Positions 1 to 8,579 of a stretch of DNA of 64,000 nt are shown here, piece by piece. Below the pieces are notes generated by a model. The model had not been told where the DNA came from, ran no database searches, and saw only the letters and a list, made by a program, of their open reading frames with translations. The stretch spans positions 96,001-160,000 of the forward strand of contig CAWHWX010000001.1 of assembly GCA_963833125.1 (NCBI GenBank), read 5' to 3'. Each line of letters begins with the position of its first letter. Position 1 is the first letter of the stretch. Position numbers and translations under genes: made by a program. Source of the stretch: Candidatus Bathyarchaeota archaeon (GTDB taxonomy: Archaea > Thermoproteota > Bathyarchaeia > 40CM-2-53-6).

Positions 1-120
1 GCGCGAACGCTTGAAAGAACAATTGCTCGGCGGTTCTATGCGCGATTAGGGATACACTTCTCTGGAGTTCAGACTTACAATTTGACTGATTACGTCGAAC
101 ACGCTGCAAGGCTAGGCTGA
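1..120 (+). CDS. 3' end of a hypothetical protein truncated by the window edge
   Basis: Frame 1 is open from base 1 to TGA at 118-120 (ARTLERTIARRFYARLGIHFSG...RLG*); no family recognised. Confidence 0.3.
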   Translation, partial: ARTLERTIARRFYARLGIHFSGVQTYNLTDYVEHAARLG

Positions 121-215
121 GCAGGTCCAAACACACTCGCCTTGCTCCCGAACCGGTTCCTATAGGTAGTGCGCCTATCCCCATTCGAACCATAGTCGTT
201 CGTCGCTCGAAAAGT

Positions 216-243
216 GCGTGTGTATCTCTTGGTGCGCACACAC
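216..243 (+). repeat. 28-bp dispersed repeat copy
   Basis: GCGTGTGTATC-TCTTGG-TGCGCACACAC; outer arm ATTCGAACCATAGTCGTTCGTCG upstream. Confidence 0.85.
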
Positions 244-277
244 ACTTAGAACGAAGGACCGAAATGTCCAACTTGCA

Positions 278-1015
278 GTGAACTCAAAGGTAATCCCGTG
301 TTCTTGTGTTGCCGCAATTCCGTTAATCGAGGACTTAACAACTGAGCCGATACCTCCAGGGTCGAACCTGCTCGTTGAATTTGACCCGGCCTCAGAATGG
401 TACAATGCGGCAGTTACAATCACGGCAGGATGGTTAAGTTCAGGCGGAAGGGTACACTACAACGTAAACGTTCGACCCCCAGACACTGTCCGCTCACACC
501 TGAAAAAACTCGGTTTGAATCCGGAGGATTTTGAACGAGAAGACAAGTTGAGAATATACGACTGGTACTCACTCACCCTAGGCCGCAGGTCTGTAGGTAA
601 GGATCCGGTCACCTCGCTAAAAGTGCACGAATTAAGTCCCGATTATGCCAACTGGATGCGAAGCGATGAGCTGAGCGAAAACGAGACCACGCTGAGAATG
701 ATCGAGAACGGCTCGACACTAGCCAGATACAATGATGAGAAAGCGTATGTTGAATTCATCTTGACGAGAGTATTTCCCCGCTCAACACTCTGGAAAGCGA
801 TTCTGATCAGCTCACACGTGAAGGGCTTGCACAGCGATTGGGTCAATGGGGCATTGGAATCAGCAGCCGATGGCGTAATCGATTTCAAGCTAGACGAAAC
901 TACTGACCCGGCGCAGAATCTCATTCGGATTAGGAATTTGAGGAATGTGGGCTTCGACGGAAGGTGGCACAAGCTAAAGACTTCTAAGAGTCACGAAGTC
1001 ACCTTGGTCAAGTAA
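278..1015 (+). CDS. KaiC/RAD55-like single-domain protein, Walker A degenerate (paralogue 1)
   Basis: IPPGSNLLVEFDPASEW...ADGVIDFK...IRIRNLR; similarity to the paralogues begins near 308, where a TTG start appears shifted by a 1-nt indel. Confidence 0.8.
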   Translation: MNSKVIPCSCVAAIPLIEDLTTEPIPPGSNLLVEFDPASEWYNAAVTITAGWLSSGGRVHYNVNVRPPDTVRSHLKKLGLNPEDFEREDKLRIYDWYSLTLGRRSVGKDPVTSLKVHELSPDYANWMRSDELSENETTLRMIENGSTLARYNDEKAYVEFILTRVFPRSTLWKAILISSHVKGLHSDWVNGALESAADGVIDFKLDETTDPAQNLIRIRNLRNVGFDGRWHKLKTSKSHEVTLVK

Positions 1016-1019
1016 TTTT

Positions 1020-1047
1020 GTGTGTGGGTCGGCTGGTGCGCACACAC
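1020..1047 (+). repeat. 28-bp dispersed repeat copy (consensus)
   Basis: GTGTGTGGGTC-GGCTGG-TGCGCACACAC between convergent stop codons at 1015 and 1056. Confidence 0.9.
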
Positions 1048-1055
1048 ACTTGGAC

Positions 1056-1457
1056 CTACTTTCGTTCTAACAGTTCTATCCATATGCCGTTTGGGTCTTT
1101 GACGTAGGCTTCTTTCCATCCTACGTCGAAGCCAATTTGGTATGGTTCCACGACCACTTCGATGCCTTTCCGTTTCAGTTCTTTCACGCTAGCTTCCAGA
1201 TCTTGAACGTCGAAGGCAACGTGGTCGAGGTCTTCGCCGTTAACGTAATGCGAGTTGAATGGGCTCAGGTCTTCATAATGGTTGAGTTCTAGAAGTTGCT
1301 GTGAGTTTGGGCTCTTGAGTGTAACCACACTCCCTTTTGTTGGTGTCGTCTTCTGAAGCGGCTCCACGATAACCATGCCCAAGATGCCCGTGTAGAACTT
1401 CAGAGATTCTTCCATATTTTTCACTCGTATACCGGTGTAGATGAAACGAAAATCCAA
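1056..1457 (-). CDS. VOC/glyoxalase family protein
   Basis: YTGIRVKNMEESLKFY...LDHVAFDV...YVKDPNGIWIELL. Confidence 0.9.
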   Translation of the reverse strand: MDFRFIYTGIRVKNMEESLKFYTGILGMVIVEPLQKTTPTKGSVVTLKSPNSQQLLELNHYEDLSPFNSHYVNGEDLDHVAFDVQDLEASVKELKRKGIEVVVEPYQIGFDVGWKEAYVKDPNGIWIELLERK

Positions 1458-1524
1458 ACTAATGCACCTGTCGTGATCTCTTCTTCGATGGAATGGGTCT
1501 TAAGATCATTGGGGGGTAGGTCTG

Positions 1525-1603
1525 GTGTGTGTATAATCTGGTGCGGACGCCGACAATCGGACCGGTCGTTAGTGTAGGTGTGCGCACCAAGAGATACATA
1601 CAC
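1525..1603. repeat. Inverted doublet of the 28-bp repeat (1525-1552 +, 1576-1603 -)
   Basis: GTGTGTGTATA-ATCTGG-TGCGGACGCCG and, on the minus strand, GTGTATGTATC-TCTTGG-TGCGCACACCT. Confidence 0.8.
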
Positions 1604-1633
1604 GACAAATCTAGTTACGTAGTCACAGTAGCA

Positions 1634-2542
1634 TTAGTCTGTCCGTTTCGAGTTTACTATGCGATTTATGACCTTTTTCTTAAATCCCCCACGTTTTGTG
1701 TTGTCCGGCAAGGCTTGCTCTATTATAGAGCTGTAAAATCGCATGAACTTGTAACCAAAGCACTTCTTGATGCCCGTAAGTTCACTTTTGGTTCGCATAA
1801 GTTCGATCCTAAGAGCATCTCTCTCCTTCTCCAATTCGAAGTAGAGGTCCATGAGCGCCGCGCTTCCGCCACAAAACTTTCGCCTCACCAGACGCGCATC
1901 TTCCAACACCTCAGCATATCGCTCAACAGTAATCTGATGCCTGTGAATTCTACGCCAATAGGTTACCTTAGGAATATGAAGAATATCGCAACTGGTCTTT
2001 CCAATAAGCAATGCAAGCTGCATGTCTTCCGCGTATTTTATTGACGTATCTAATCCTTCAGACTGCAAATAGAATTCTTTCCTGAAAAATAGCTCCGCTG
2101 AACCTGGCCACCATCCTGAAATTATAGCATCAACTAATGTCTTCCCGAAAGGGAGAAATTCATTCGGCCCCTTATCGCCAGTTGAATCAACCCAGTTCGT
2201 CCAAACGTAACCAAGACGAGGATTATCTTCAAATGCTGGCATTACAGCGGAAAGCGAATCAGGCATAAGCTTATCGTCACTACCTAAACATGTTATTACA
2301 GGTCCACGTGCATGCTCAATGCCCACTGCAGTAGCCGCGGAGCAACCTTCATGCTTCACCTGAACTAACGCGATTCGATCATCTGACAATTTGGACTTGA
2401 CAACTTCTACTGTTCGATCAATTGAACCGTCGTCAACAACTAAAACATCCCAATCACTATAATCCTGCGCAATCACCGAATCAATGGCGTCCCCAACGAA
2501 ACGTTCACGATCGTAAACAGGAATCAGAACGGTAACATGCAA
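1634..2542 (-). CDS. Glycosyltransferase family 2 with C-terminal coiled coil (paralogue A)
   Basis: VTVLIPVY...VVDDGS...LGSDD; TTG start chosen by alignment to the neighbouring paralogue. Confidence 0.9.
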   Translation of the reverse strand: MHVTVLIPVYDRERFVGDAIDSVIAQDYSDWDVLVVDDGSIDRTVEVVKSKLSDDRIALVQVKHEGCSAATAVGIEHARGPVITCLGSDDKLMPDSLSAVMPAFEDNPRLGYVWTNWVDSTGDKGPNEFLPFGKTLVDAIISGWWPGSAELFFRKEFYLQSEGLDTSIKYAEDMQLALLIGKTSCDILHIPKVTYWRRIHRHQITVERYAEVLEDARLVRRKFCGGSAALMDLYFELEKERDALRIELMRTKSELTGIKKCFGYKFMRFYSSIIEQALPDNTKRGGFKKKVINRIVNSKRTD

Positions 2543-2590
2543 AACATAACCACCACACCGAAAGAACTCTGCCACGTAGTTACCGTGGTT

Positions 2591-3526
2591 CTACTCTGTT
2601 CGGTACGAATCTCTTATGCAATCCTTAACCTTTCTCTTGAGCCTTCCACGTCTCGTGCCGTCCGGAAGTGCTGCGTCGATTATGGGGCCATACAGTTGCA
2701 TGAACTTGTAGCCAAGGCACTTTTTGATGTCCGTAAGTTCACTTCTGGTTCGCATAAGTTCACTCGTGATGCCCGTAAGTTCACTCCTAAGTGTTCCTAT
2801 CTCCTTCTCCAATTCGCCAAAGTAGAGGTCTGCCAGTGCGGCACTTCTTACCATAAACCTTCGCCTTATCAGATGCACTGCTTTTATCTGCTCATCGTAT
2901 GAAAGCTCATTTTGAATTCTGTGAGGATGAATTCTACGCCAGTAGGTTACCTTAGAAATATGGAGTGTGTCGCAGCCGGTCTTGGCGATCAGTAGAGCTA
3001 ATTGCAAATCCTCACCATATTGTATCGATTGGTCTAATCTTTCGGATTGCATATAGAAGCCTTTTTTGTAGAATAGCTGTGCTGAAGCGCGCCACCATCC
3101 CGAGATTAAAGCCTCAAACAATGTCTTCCCGTCAGGAAGAAAATCACTCGTACCCTTATCGCCAGTTGAATCAACCCAGTTCGTCCAAACGTAACCAAGA
3201 CGAGGATTATCTTCAAATGCTGGCATTACAGCGGAAAGCGAATCAGGCATAAGCTTATCGTCACTACCTAAATGTGTCACTACAGGTCCGCCTGCGTGCT
3301 CTATACCCATTGCAATAGCTCCCGTAACACCCGAGTGCTTCATTTGAATTAGTTGAATCCGGTCATCTGACAGCCTTGACTTGACAACTTCCACTGTTCG
3401 ATCAGTTGAACCGTCGTCAACAACTAACAGGTCCCAGTCATGATAATCCTGGCCAATCACCGAGTCAATTGCGTCCCCGATGAAATATTCACGGTTGTAA
3501 ACAGGTATTAGGACAGTAACATGCAA
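2591..3526 (-). CDS. Glycosyltransferase family 2 with C-terminal coiled coil (paralogue B)
   Basis: VTVLIPVYN...VVDDGSTD...LGSDD; long stretches identical to paralogue A. Confidence 0.9.
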   Translation of the reverse strand: MHVTVLIPVYNREYFIGDAIDSVIGQDYHDWDLLVVDDGSTDRTVEVVKSRLSDDRIQLIQMKHSGVTGAIAMGIEHAGGPVVTHLGSDDKLMPDSLSAVMPAFEDNPRLGYVWTNWVDSTGDKGTSDFLPDGKTLFEALISGWWRASAQLFYKKGFYMQSERLDQSIQYGEDLQLALLIAKTGCDTLHISKVTYWRRIHPHRIQNELSYDEQIKAVHLIRRRFMVRSAALADLYFGELEKEIGTLRSELTGITSELMRTRSELTDIKKCLGYKFMQLYGPIIDAALPDGTRRGRLKRKVKDCIRDSYRTE

Positions 3527-3677
3527 AGTGTAACCTCACACATTGATCCAAATTACATTTATGCTCTTCGGCAACATTACATAAATATTTTTTTTGGGGG
3601 GCCCGGTGGTGCACACATTTAACCACCACTGCCCAGCGTGCGCGTGTCATAAGTTGAAGCGTCGTCATCCTAAAAGT

Positions 3678-3705
3678 GTGCGTGGGTCTAGTGGTGCGCA
3701 CACAC
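3678..3705 (+). repeat. 28-bp dispersed repeat copy (degenerate partner at 3593-3620)
   Basis: GTGCGTGGGTC-TAGTGG-TGCGCACACAC. Confidence 0.85.
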
Positions 3706-3743
3706 GCACTGAGAGAGAAAAAGCGAGCTGACCATCAATCCTT

Positions 3744-4442
3744 TTGGTGAGAGAGTCAATCAGGAATGTCACAAACTTGAAGTACAGTATTGTTCTCAGC
3801 ACGACCGGAACCCGCCTCACTCTCCAAGCATCCGCAAACAATTTCGAGCACTTCACACGAACAAGAAATGATACGGAATTAATCATAGGCACGAACAACC
3901 CCACCTTAGAACAATCATGGGTCACAAAGCCACGCAACGCAAAAATCGTTTGTCGGCCCGACCATCGGGTTTGTTGGAGTGACGCAATAGATGCCTCAAG
4001 AGGTGAATTTATCGTAAACGTGGACGATGATCTCAAACTCGCCAACGACTACCTAACCCGAGCTGACCACATCTTTACGGACCCGACGCTTCAAATGATT
4101 CAACCCACCCTACTAGACGCGGAGGGCTATGTTTGTTTGCGGAAGCATTATCGAAGTTACACCATAAGCGTATTCCGTCGCAACCTCATAGAAAAGTTAG
4201 GGATGGATTATGATGGACGAGGTTCACGCTGGCCCGAAAACAACATCCCCTTTGTCGAAGCGGCGTGGGAGAAGGCTTCCGTTGTAGTCGCCATGAAGAT
4301 GTACGCGGTTCACTACGGTTACCCTACACCCCACGGAGTAGATTCAACAATTGCTCCTTACGGCAGCCGCTTAGATTTCTTGGAAGAGTGGCGTAAAGAG
4401 AACAATTACGAACGTATACCACTTGAGACAATCCTGCCATGA
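3744..4442 (+). CDS. Divergent GT-A fold (GT2-like) glycosyltransferase
   Basis: YSIVLST...AIDASRGEFIVNVDDD (DxD motif in GT2 context). Confidence 0.6.
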   Translation: MVRESIRNVTNLKYSIVLSTTGTRLTLQASANNFEHFTRTRNDTELIIGTNNPTLEQSWVTKPRNAKIVCRPDHRVCWSDAIDASRGEFIVNVDDDLKLANDYLTRADHIFTDPTLQMIQPTLLDAEGYVCLRKHYRSYTISVFRRNLIEKLGMDYDGRGSRWPENNIPFVEAAWEKASVVVAMKMYAVHYGYPTPHGVDSTIAPYGSRLDFLEEWRKENNYERIPLETILP

Positions 4443-4477
4443 AAATTCTTGTTCTAACAGTCGTTCGTCGTGAGAAA

Positions 4478-4563
4478 GTGTGTGGGTCGGCTGGTGCGGG
4501 CACAGGAATTTGAACCGTGGTTCGTTTGAATTTCTTGGGGGTGCGCAGTGATACCGCACGCAC
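4478..4563. repeat. Inverted doublet of the 28-bp repeat (4478-4505 +, degenerate ~4537-4563 -)
   Basis: GTGTGTGGGTC-GGCTGG-TGCGGGCACAG, linker GAATTTGAACCGTGGTTCG, then a minus copy with a short deletion in the spacer. Confidence 0.75.
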
Positions 4564-4608
4564 GAAAACTACAAATCTGCTGTACTAGAGGAGACCCCGG
4601 TGTTCTGA

Positions 4609-5310
4609 TTGCCGAAGATGCCGTTAGTCGAGGACTTGATTAAGGGACCGGTTCCTCCGGGTTCTAATATTCTCGTTGAATTTGATCCAGCCTCCCAGTG
4701 GCTTAACGCATCGCTAACGATTGCTGCCGGCTGGGTGAAGGATGGAGGCAGCGTTAGCTACATTGCCAACTCCCAATCCCCAGACGACATTCGTTCACAC
4801 CTTCGAAAACTGGGCCTTGCTGTTGAGGAACTCGAGAGGACCGATCGGTTATGGATTACTGATCTATACAGTGCGTCGATAGGACAGAAATCCAAAGAAA
4901 GATTCGCGGTTGAATCGTTGAAGGTCGCGGACCTTAGCATTTGGATAGGGAGAGAGGCGATGGGTGATTCACCCGCCCCCGAATTTCTCGTAATAGCGGA
5001 TAACAATTCAATTCTCGATAGATTCAACGCCGAGAGGAATTGGGTCGAATTGTACCTCACCCGACCCATTCCAATGGCAAAGCCCAGACAAATAACCCAA
5101 CTAATAGCGTTCATGAGCGGAATTCACAGTACCTGGGCGTACAAGCAGCTCGAGGCTGCCGTTGATGGTGTCATCGATTTCAAAATTGATGAGGTAAACG
5201 GAGAACGCAAGACCTTCATGGGAATTCGGAACATGCGGAATGTTCATTTCAATTCGCGATGGTACTCATTGAAGATCGGAAAAGACTTCGAAGTCGCCTT
5301 GGAAAAGTGA
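4609..5310 (+). CDS. KaiC/RAD55-like single-domain protein, Walker A degenerate (paralogue 2)
   Basis: VPPGSNILVEFDPASQW...VDGVIDFK...GIRNMR; AGAGGAG upstream. Confidence 0.85.
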   Translation: MPKMPLVEDLIKGPVPPGSNILVEFDPASQWLNASLTIAAGWVKDGGSVSYIANSQSPDDIRSHLRKLGLAVEELERTDRLWITDLYSASIGQKSKERFAVESLKVADLSIWIGREAMGDSPAPEFLVIADNNSILDRFNAERNWVELYLTRPIPMAKPRQITQLIAFMSGIHSTWAYKQLEAAVDGVIDFKIDEVNGERKTFMGIRNMRNVHFNSRWYSLKIGKDFEVALEK

Positions 5311-5333
5311 GTGCGTTTAGCAGGGCGTTCGTT

Positions 5334-5361
5334 TAGTGTGCGCACCAGCCGACCCACCGCA
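5334..5361 (-). repeat. 28-bp dispersed repeat copy
   Basis: Minus strand TGCGGTGGGTC-GGCTGG-TGCGCACACTA followed by AACGAACG; between convergent genes. Confidence 0.85.
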
Positions 5362-5407
5362 CGCAACTTTCTAACAACTCTAGGCGCAATGGGGGCGCAC
5401 TCTCAAT

Positions 5408-5779
5408 CTAGCGATTGCCCGTCATGCCATACCCACTATAGAGCATCAATACGCCCATCAACAGCATAACCGAACCCGAAAGCGTTGAACCTTGCATCAT
5501 CGAGAACACTTGCGCGAGCATAGCCACTCCTAAAACCAACATAATTAGACCGTAGAGCAACATTAGCATTCTAATCGTCGAGCGGTTCTTCATCATATGC
5601 GACGTGAGCAAATACAGGCCGGTCAACAGAACGATTAACCCCAGTGTCAGAAGGAAATAACCGCCCCACCTGGCAGTGGAAGAAACCATCATTCCCGCGG
5701 GTTGAAGAAGCACTAAGCCTGCGACTACGTCGACAAACCCTCCGATGATCCCTATCGCGGCCGAGTAGATTTGCTTCAA
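5408..5779 (-). CDS. Small four-TM membrane protein, function unknown
   Basis: Four hydrophobic Gly/Leu-rich segments in 123 aa. Confidence 0.7.
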   Translation of the reverse strand: MKQIYSAAIGIIGGFVDVVAGLVLLQPAGMMVSSTARWGGYFLLTLGLIVLLTGLYLLTSHMMKNRSTIRMLMLLYGLIMLVLGVAMLAQVFSMMQGSTLSGSVMLLMGVLMLYSGYGMTGNR

Positions 5780-5838
5780 GCCATTACCGCAACCCTATCC
5801 GAGACTCCCAGAAACCATCCATATACAAAAGCGATTTC

Positions 5839-5866
5839 TTGTGTGGGTCGAGTGGTGCGCACACAC
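5839..5866 (+). repeat. 28-bp dispersed repeat copy
   Basis: TTGTGTGGGTC-GAGTGG-TGCGCACACAC. Confidence 0.9.
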
Positions 5867-6097
5867 ACTTTACGATGGGCCACTGGCGGCGGTTCGAATT
5901 AGGACGGTTGCACGAATAGATACACACGCCTGAACAACATGTCCGATTTCTGACGGCACCAGCAGAAGTGTTATTTGCATTTGTATCCAATCGGTTTAGA
6001 CATTATTGAACATACTATGCGTTGGTATTCGATAAATCCACAATCGCTCCTAGATCCAATCCTAAATGAACTGAGGCTGTTTGAGTTGCAGATTTCC

Positions 6098-7186
6098 ATG
6101 CACAAAGTCTTCGAGGATATTTGGAAAATCTATCCTGAAAATATGCTCAAGAACCGCACCTGGCACTGGTGGTGGTGGATTTACTTTTTCGAGAACCCTG
6201 ACGCTCCCGAATTCCCGAGACAGCTAATGGTCCTTTGGGGCACTAGGAATTGCAGAAAGGTTCGCGTGAATGATTTCTACTGGGAACCGACAATCCCAAT
6301 GGAGACTGACGGCAAGCACGCTAGTTTCGAATCGATGGTGGCCTCCTGGTATTATGACGGCAAAAAAATGCACGAACCGCTCCTCATTGATCACGGGAAG
6401 ACTGAGACCGAGTGGGATGACCACTATGGAAGAATCAGGATGGAAGGGCGCAAAGGGGTTTATTCATACGGCGGAAACCGCGAAAAATTCTGGCTGAAGA
6501 TAGACACGGACAGCGTAGGAATTGAACTGTCAATGGAGAAATGGAAAGACGCAATGGCGGAACTGGTGTCAACGGGAAGGAAATTCGTTGGAAACATGGG
6601 ATATTCGATGTTGAAATACAGGGGTCTGTCCTCCTCGGGAAGGATCCGATTAGGCGACACCGAAACCCCAGTCAAGGGTAGATCGTATTTCCAGAAGGTG
6701 CGAATATCTTCACTAACTCCTTGTTGGTATTGGGGCACAGTACAATGGGACAATGGAGCCTACCTACAATACTTTTTGCCCCACATCGGGGTCCCGATGC
6801 TCAGACATTCAATATCCCATGAGAGTACCATGGACTGGGGTGAGAAGATGATTTCAAAGACACTCAACTTCTACGACCCCGAGGAAGGGAAGGAGTATTC
6901 CATGACGGACGTTAAGTTAACCAAGCACTACGAAAATGACCTCCCCGTATTCAATGTGAGCGCAACCTCCGGTCAAAGCGAGCTCAGCATAGAGATGGCA
7001 ACATACGCGAGATGTTGCTGGAACATATCACAACCTCTCATCGGACCAATTTGGTCTGGGATCTTCTACAATGAGTACCCAGCAACGGTCAGGAATTTCA
7101 AATTCAAAAACAGCAATCGAAGCGCAAACAATGATGATTTTGGCAAAAGCTACTGCAACTGCGAGCACACATGGGGGCTGGTTTAG
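6098..7186 (+). CDS. Hypothetical Trp/Tyr-rich beta protein (tocopherol-cyclase/AttH-like fold suspected)
   Basis: Long ORF with TWHWWWWIYFF, GRSYFQKV, WYWG, YNEYP and EHTWG motifs; fold is inference. Confidence 0.7.
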   Translation: MHKVFEDIWKIYPENMLKNRTWHWWWWIYFFENPDAPEFPRQLMVLWGTRNCRKVRVNDFYWEPTIPMETDGKHASFESMVASWYYDGKKMHEPLLIDHGKTETEWDDHYGRIRMEGRKGVYSYGGNREKFWLKIDTDSVGIELSMEKWKDAMAELVSTGRKFVGNMGYSMLKYRGLSSSGRIRLGDTETPVKGRSYFQKVRISSLTPCWYWGTVQWDNGAYLQYFLPHIGVPMLRHSISHESTMDWGEKMISKTLNFYDPEEGKEYSMTDVKLTKHYENDLPVFNVSATSGQSELSIEMATYARCCWNISQPLIGPIWSGIFYNEYPATVRNFKFKNSNRSANNDDFGKSYCNCEHTWGLV

Positions 7187-7213
7187 GAAAACTGTGACTA
7201 CGAGAGTTAGTCA

Positions 7214-7298
7214 TTCGACTGCTTTCTGGGTGTGCACACACACTTTTCAAACGAACGACGTTCCGATTTTGACCGGCCGCACCATTGATACCACACAC
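7214..7298. repeat. Inverted doublet of the 28-bp repeat (half-conserved 7214-7241 +, 7271-7298 -)
   Basis: TCTGGG-TGTGCACACAC, linker ACTTTTCAAACGAACGACG, minus copy GTGTGTGGTAT-CAATGG-TGCGGCCGGTC. Confidence 0.7.
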
Positions 7299-7432
7299 AA
7301 GGGATACGCGTGAAAGTCGAGCTGGTGTGTAAAGTCCGGGATTCCACTGCGCCGTGACATTAACGAAGAATCATAACATAGAAATCGTACAGACGACAAG
7401 CATAGATTTGTTTTGCCAGAGGAGACCCGCGC

Positions 7433-8158
7433 TTGGCTACCGTTATGGTTCCCCCATTCTTGAAGGAACTAGTTCCCGGTGGGTTCGAATATGGTGCCAA
7501 TCTTCTTGTTGAATTTGACTCCGACTCCGTCTGGTACGAAACGTCGCTCACAATCGCGGCTGGCGCAATAAGAGCGGGGATAAAGATTGACTACCACAAT
7601 TTCCAGCACACTCCCGATGACATCAGAAAAGCCCTCGACCGACGAGGATTAGACGTGAAGAGGCTAGAAGATGAGGACATGCTTTGGATCGTTGATAGCT
7701 ACACAGTACAGACAGGAGTTGATAGCTCTAGAGACCGGTCGGATGTTACTGAAGTCTCCGTGAAGCTTTCGGATTGGAGCATCGCTCTGGCTAAGGATCT
7801 TAAGGCAGGCATCTCTGAAGCCATGAAAAAGCGCCTGCATATTGACGATAACACTGGTATCCTGCTTCAGTACAACGAGGAGAAGTCCATCATAGACTTC
7901 TGGCGTACCCGGTATATACCCTATTCGAGAGCACGCGAATGTGTCATGGTACAAGCACTCTTGAAGGGCGTGGCTTCCTCCTCATTCTACAAGCAGTACG
8001 AATCGTTATGTGACGGAATAATTGATTTCAAGAGCGAAGAACGAGAGAACGAAATTCAACATTACGTGAGAGTCAGAAGTCTTCGCGGCAGGGAATGCGA
8101 TTCACGGTGGAGGAAGCTCCGGTTGTCGGATAACGGCGAAGTCACACTATTCGAATAG
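7433..8158 (+). CDS. KaiC/RAD55-like single-domain protein, Walker A degenerate (paralogue 3)
   Basis: LVPGGFEYGANLLVEFDSDSVW...CDGIIDFK...VRVRSLRG; AGAGGAG upstream. Confidence 0.85.
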   Translation: MATVMVPPFLKELVPGGFEYGANLLVEFDSDSVWYETSLTIAAGAIRAGIKIDYHNFQHTPDDIRKALDRRGLDVKRLEDEDMLWIVDSYTVQTGVDSSRDRSDVTEVSVKLSDWSIALAKDLKAGISEAMKKRLHIDDNTGILLQYNEEKSIIDFWRTRYIPYSRARECVMVQALLKGVASSSFYKQYESLCDGIIDFKSEERENEIQHYVRVRSLRGRECDSRWRKLRLSDNGEVTLFE

Positions 8159-8162
8159 AAAA

Positions 8163-8190
8163 GTCAGTGGGTCTCCTGGTGCGCACACAC
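8163..8190 (+). repeat. 28-bp dispersed repeat copy
   Basis: GTCAGTGGGTC-TCCTGG-TGCGCACACAC, 4 bp after the stop codon. Confidence 0.85.
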
Positions 8191-8579
8191 AGAAGTCCGG
8201 TGCCACAAAGCTCTCCCACTGAAACCTTGGTGCCCTTTGGAACTGTTTTATTTCATACCCATTTTTCTTAGGCGATGAGTGCTGCATTCGCGAATATTCA
8301 GACAAAGCCGTAGTTCAAAGCAAGGACATTCTTGCGATGTACTTGTCTTTCTATCCTTATATTGAACCAAGGCGAGAATGCACAAAGTTAGTTGTCATGA
8401 ACGAGAGGGACGAGTCATTTGCAACGATTGACCGCATGTTCTTCTTCTTGTTGCAACTGACCGAAGTCGCCGGAGTCTGAGGAAACAACCGAAATCTCGT
8501 TCCGACGGTAAGTGAAAGACGGAACCAGTCTTCGGCTTCATCTTGGACCCGCGACGTGGAAGATAAGGAGAAAAAATCG

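Noticed and set aside
1529-2902. Antisense ORFs 1529-2044 and 2537-2902, and similar shadow ORFs across the window
   Set aside because: They overlap well-supported genes on the opposite strand. Their mutual similarity only mirrors the GT2 duplication.
8191-8579. Long leader upstream of the DEAD-box helicase as a thermosensor or small ORF
   Set aside because: Plausible by analogy with cold-shock genes, but I could not identify a supporting structure or conserved peptide.
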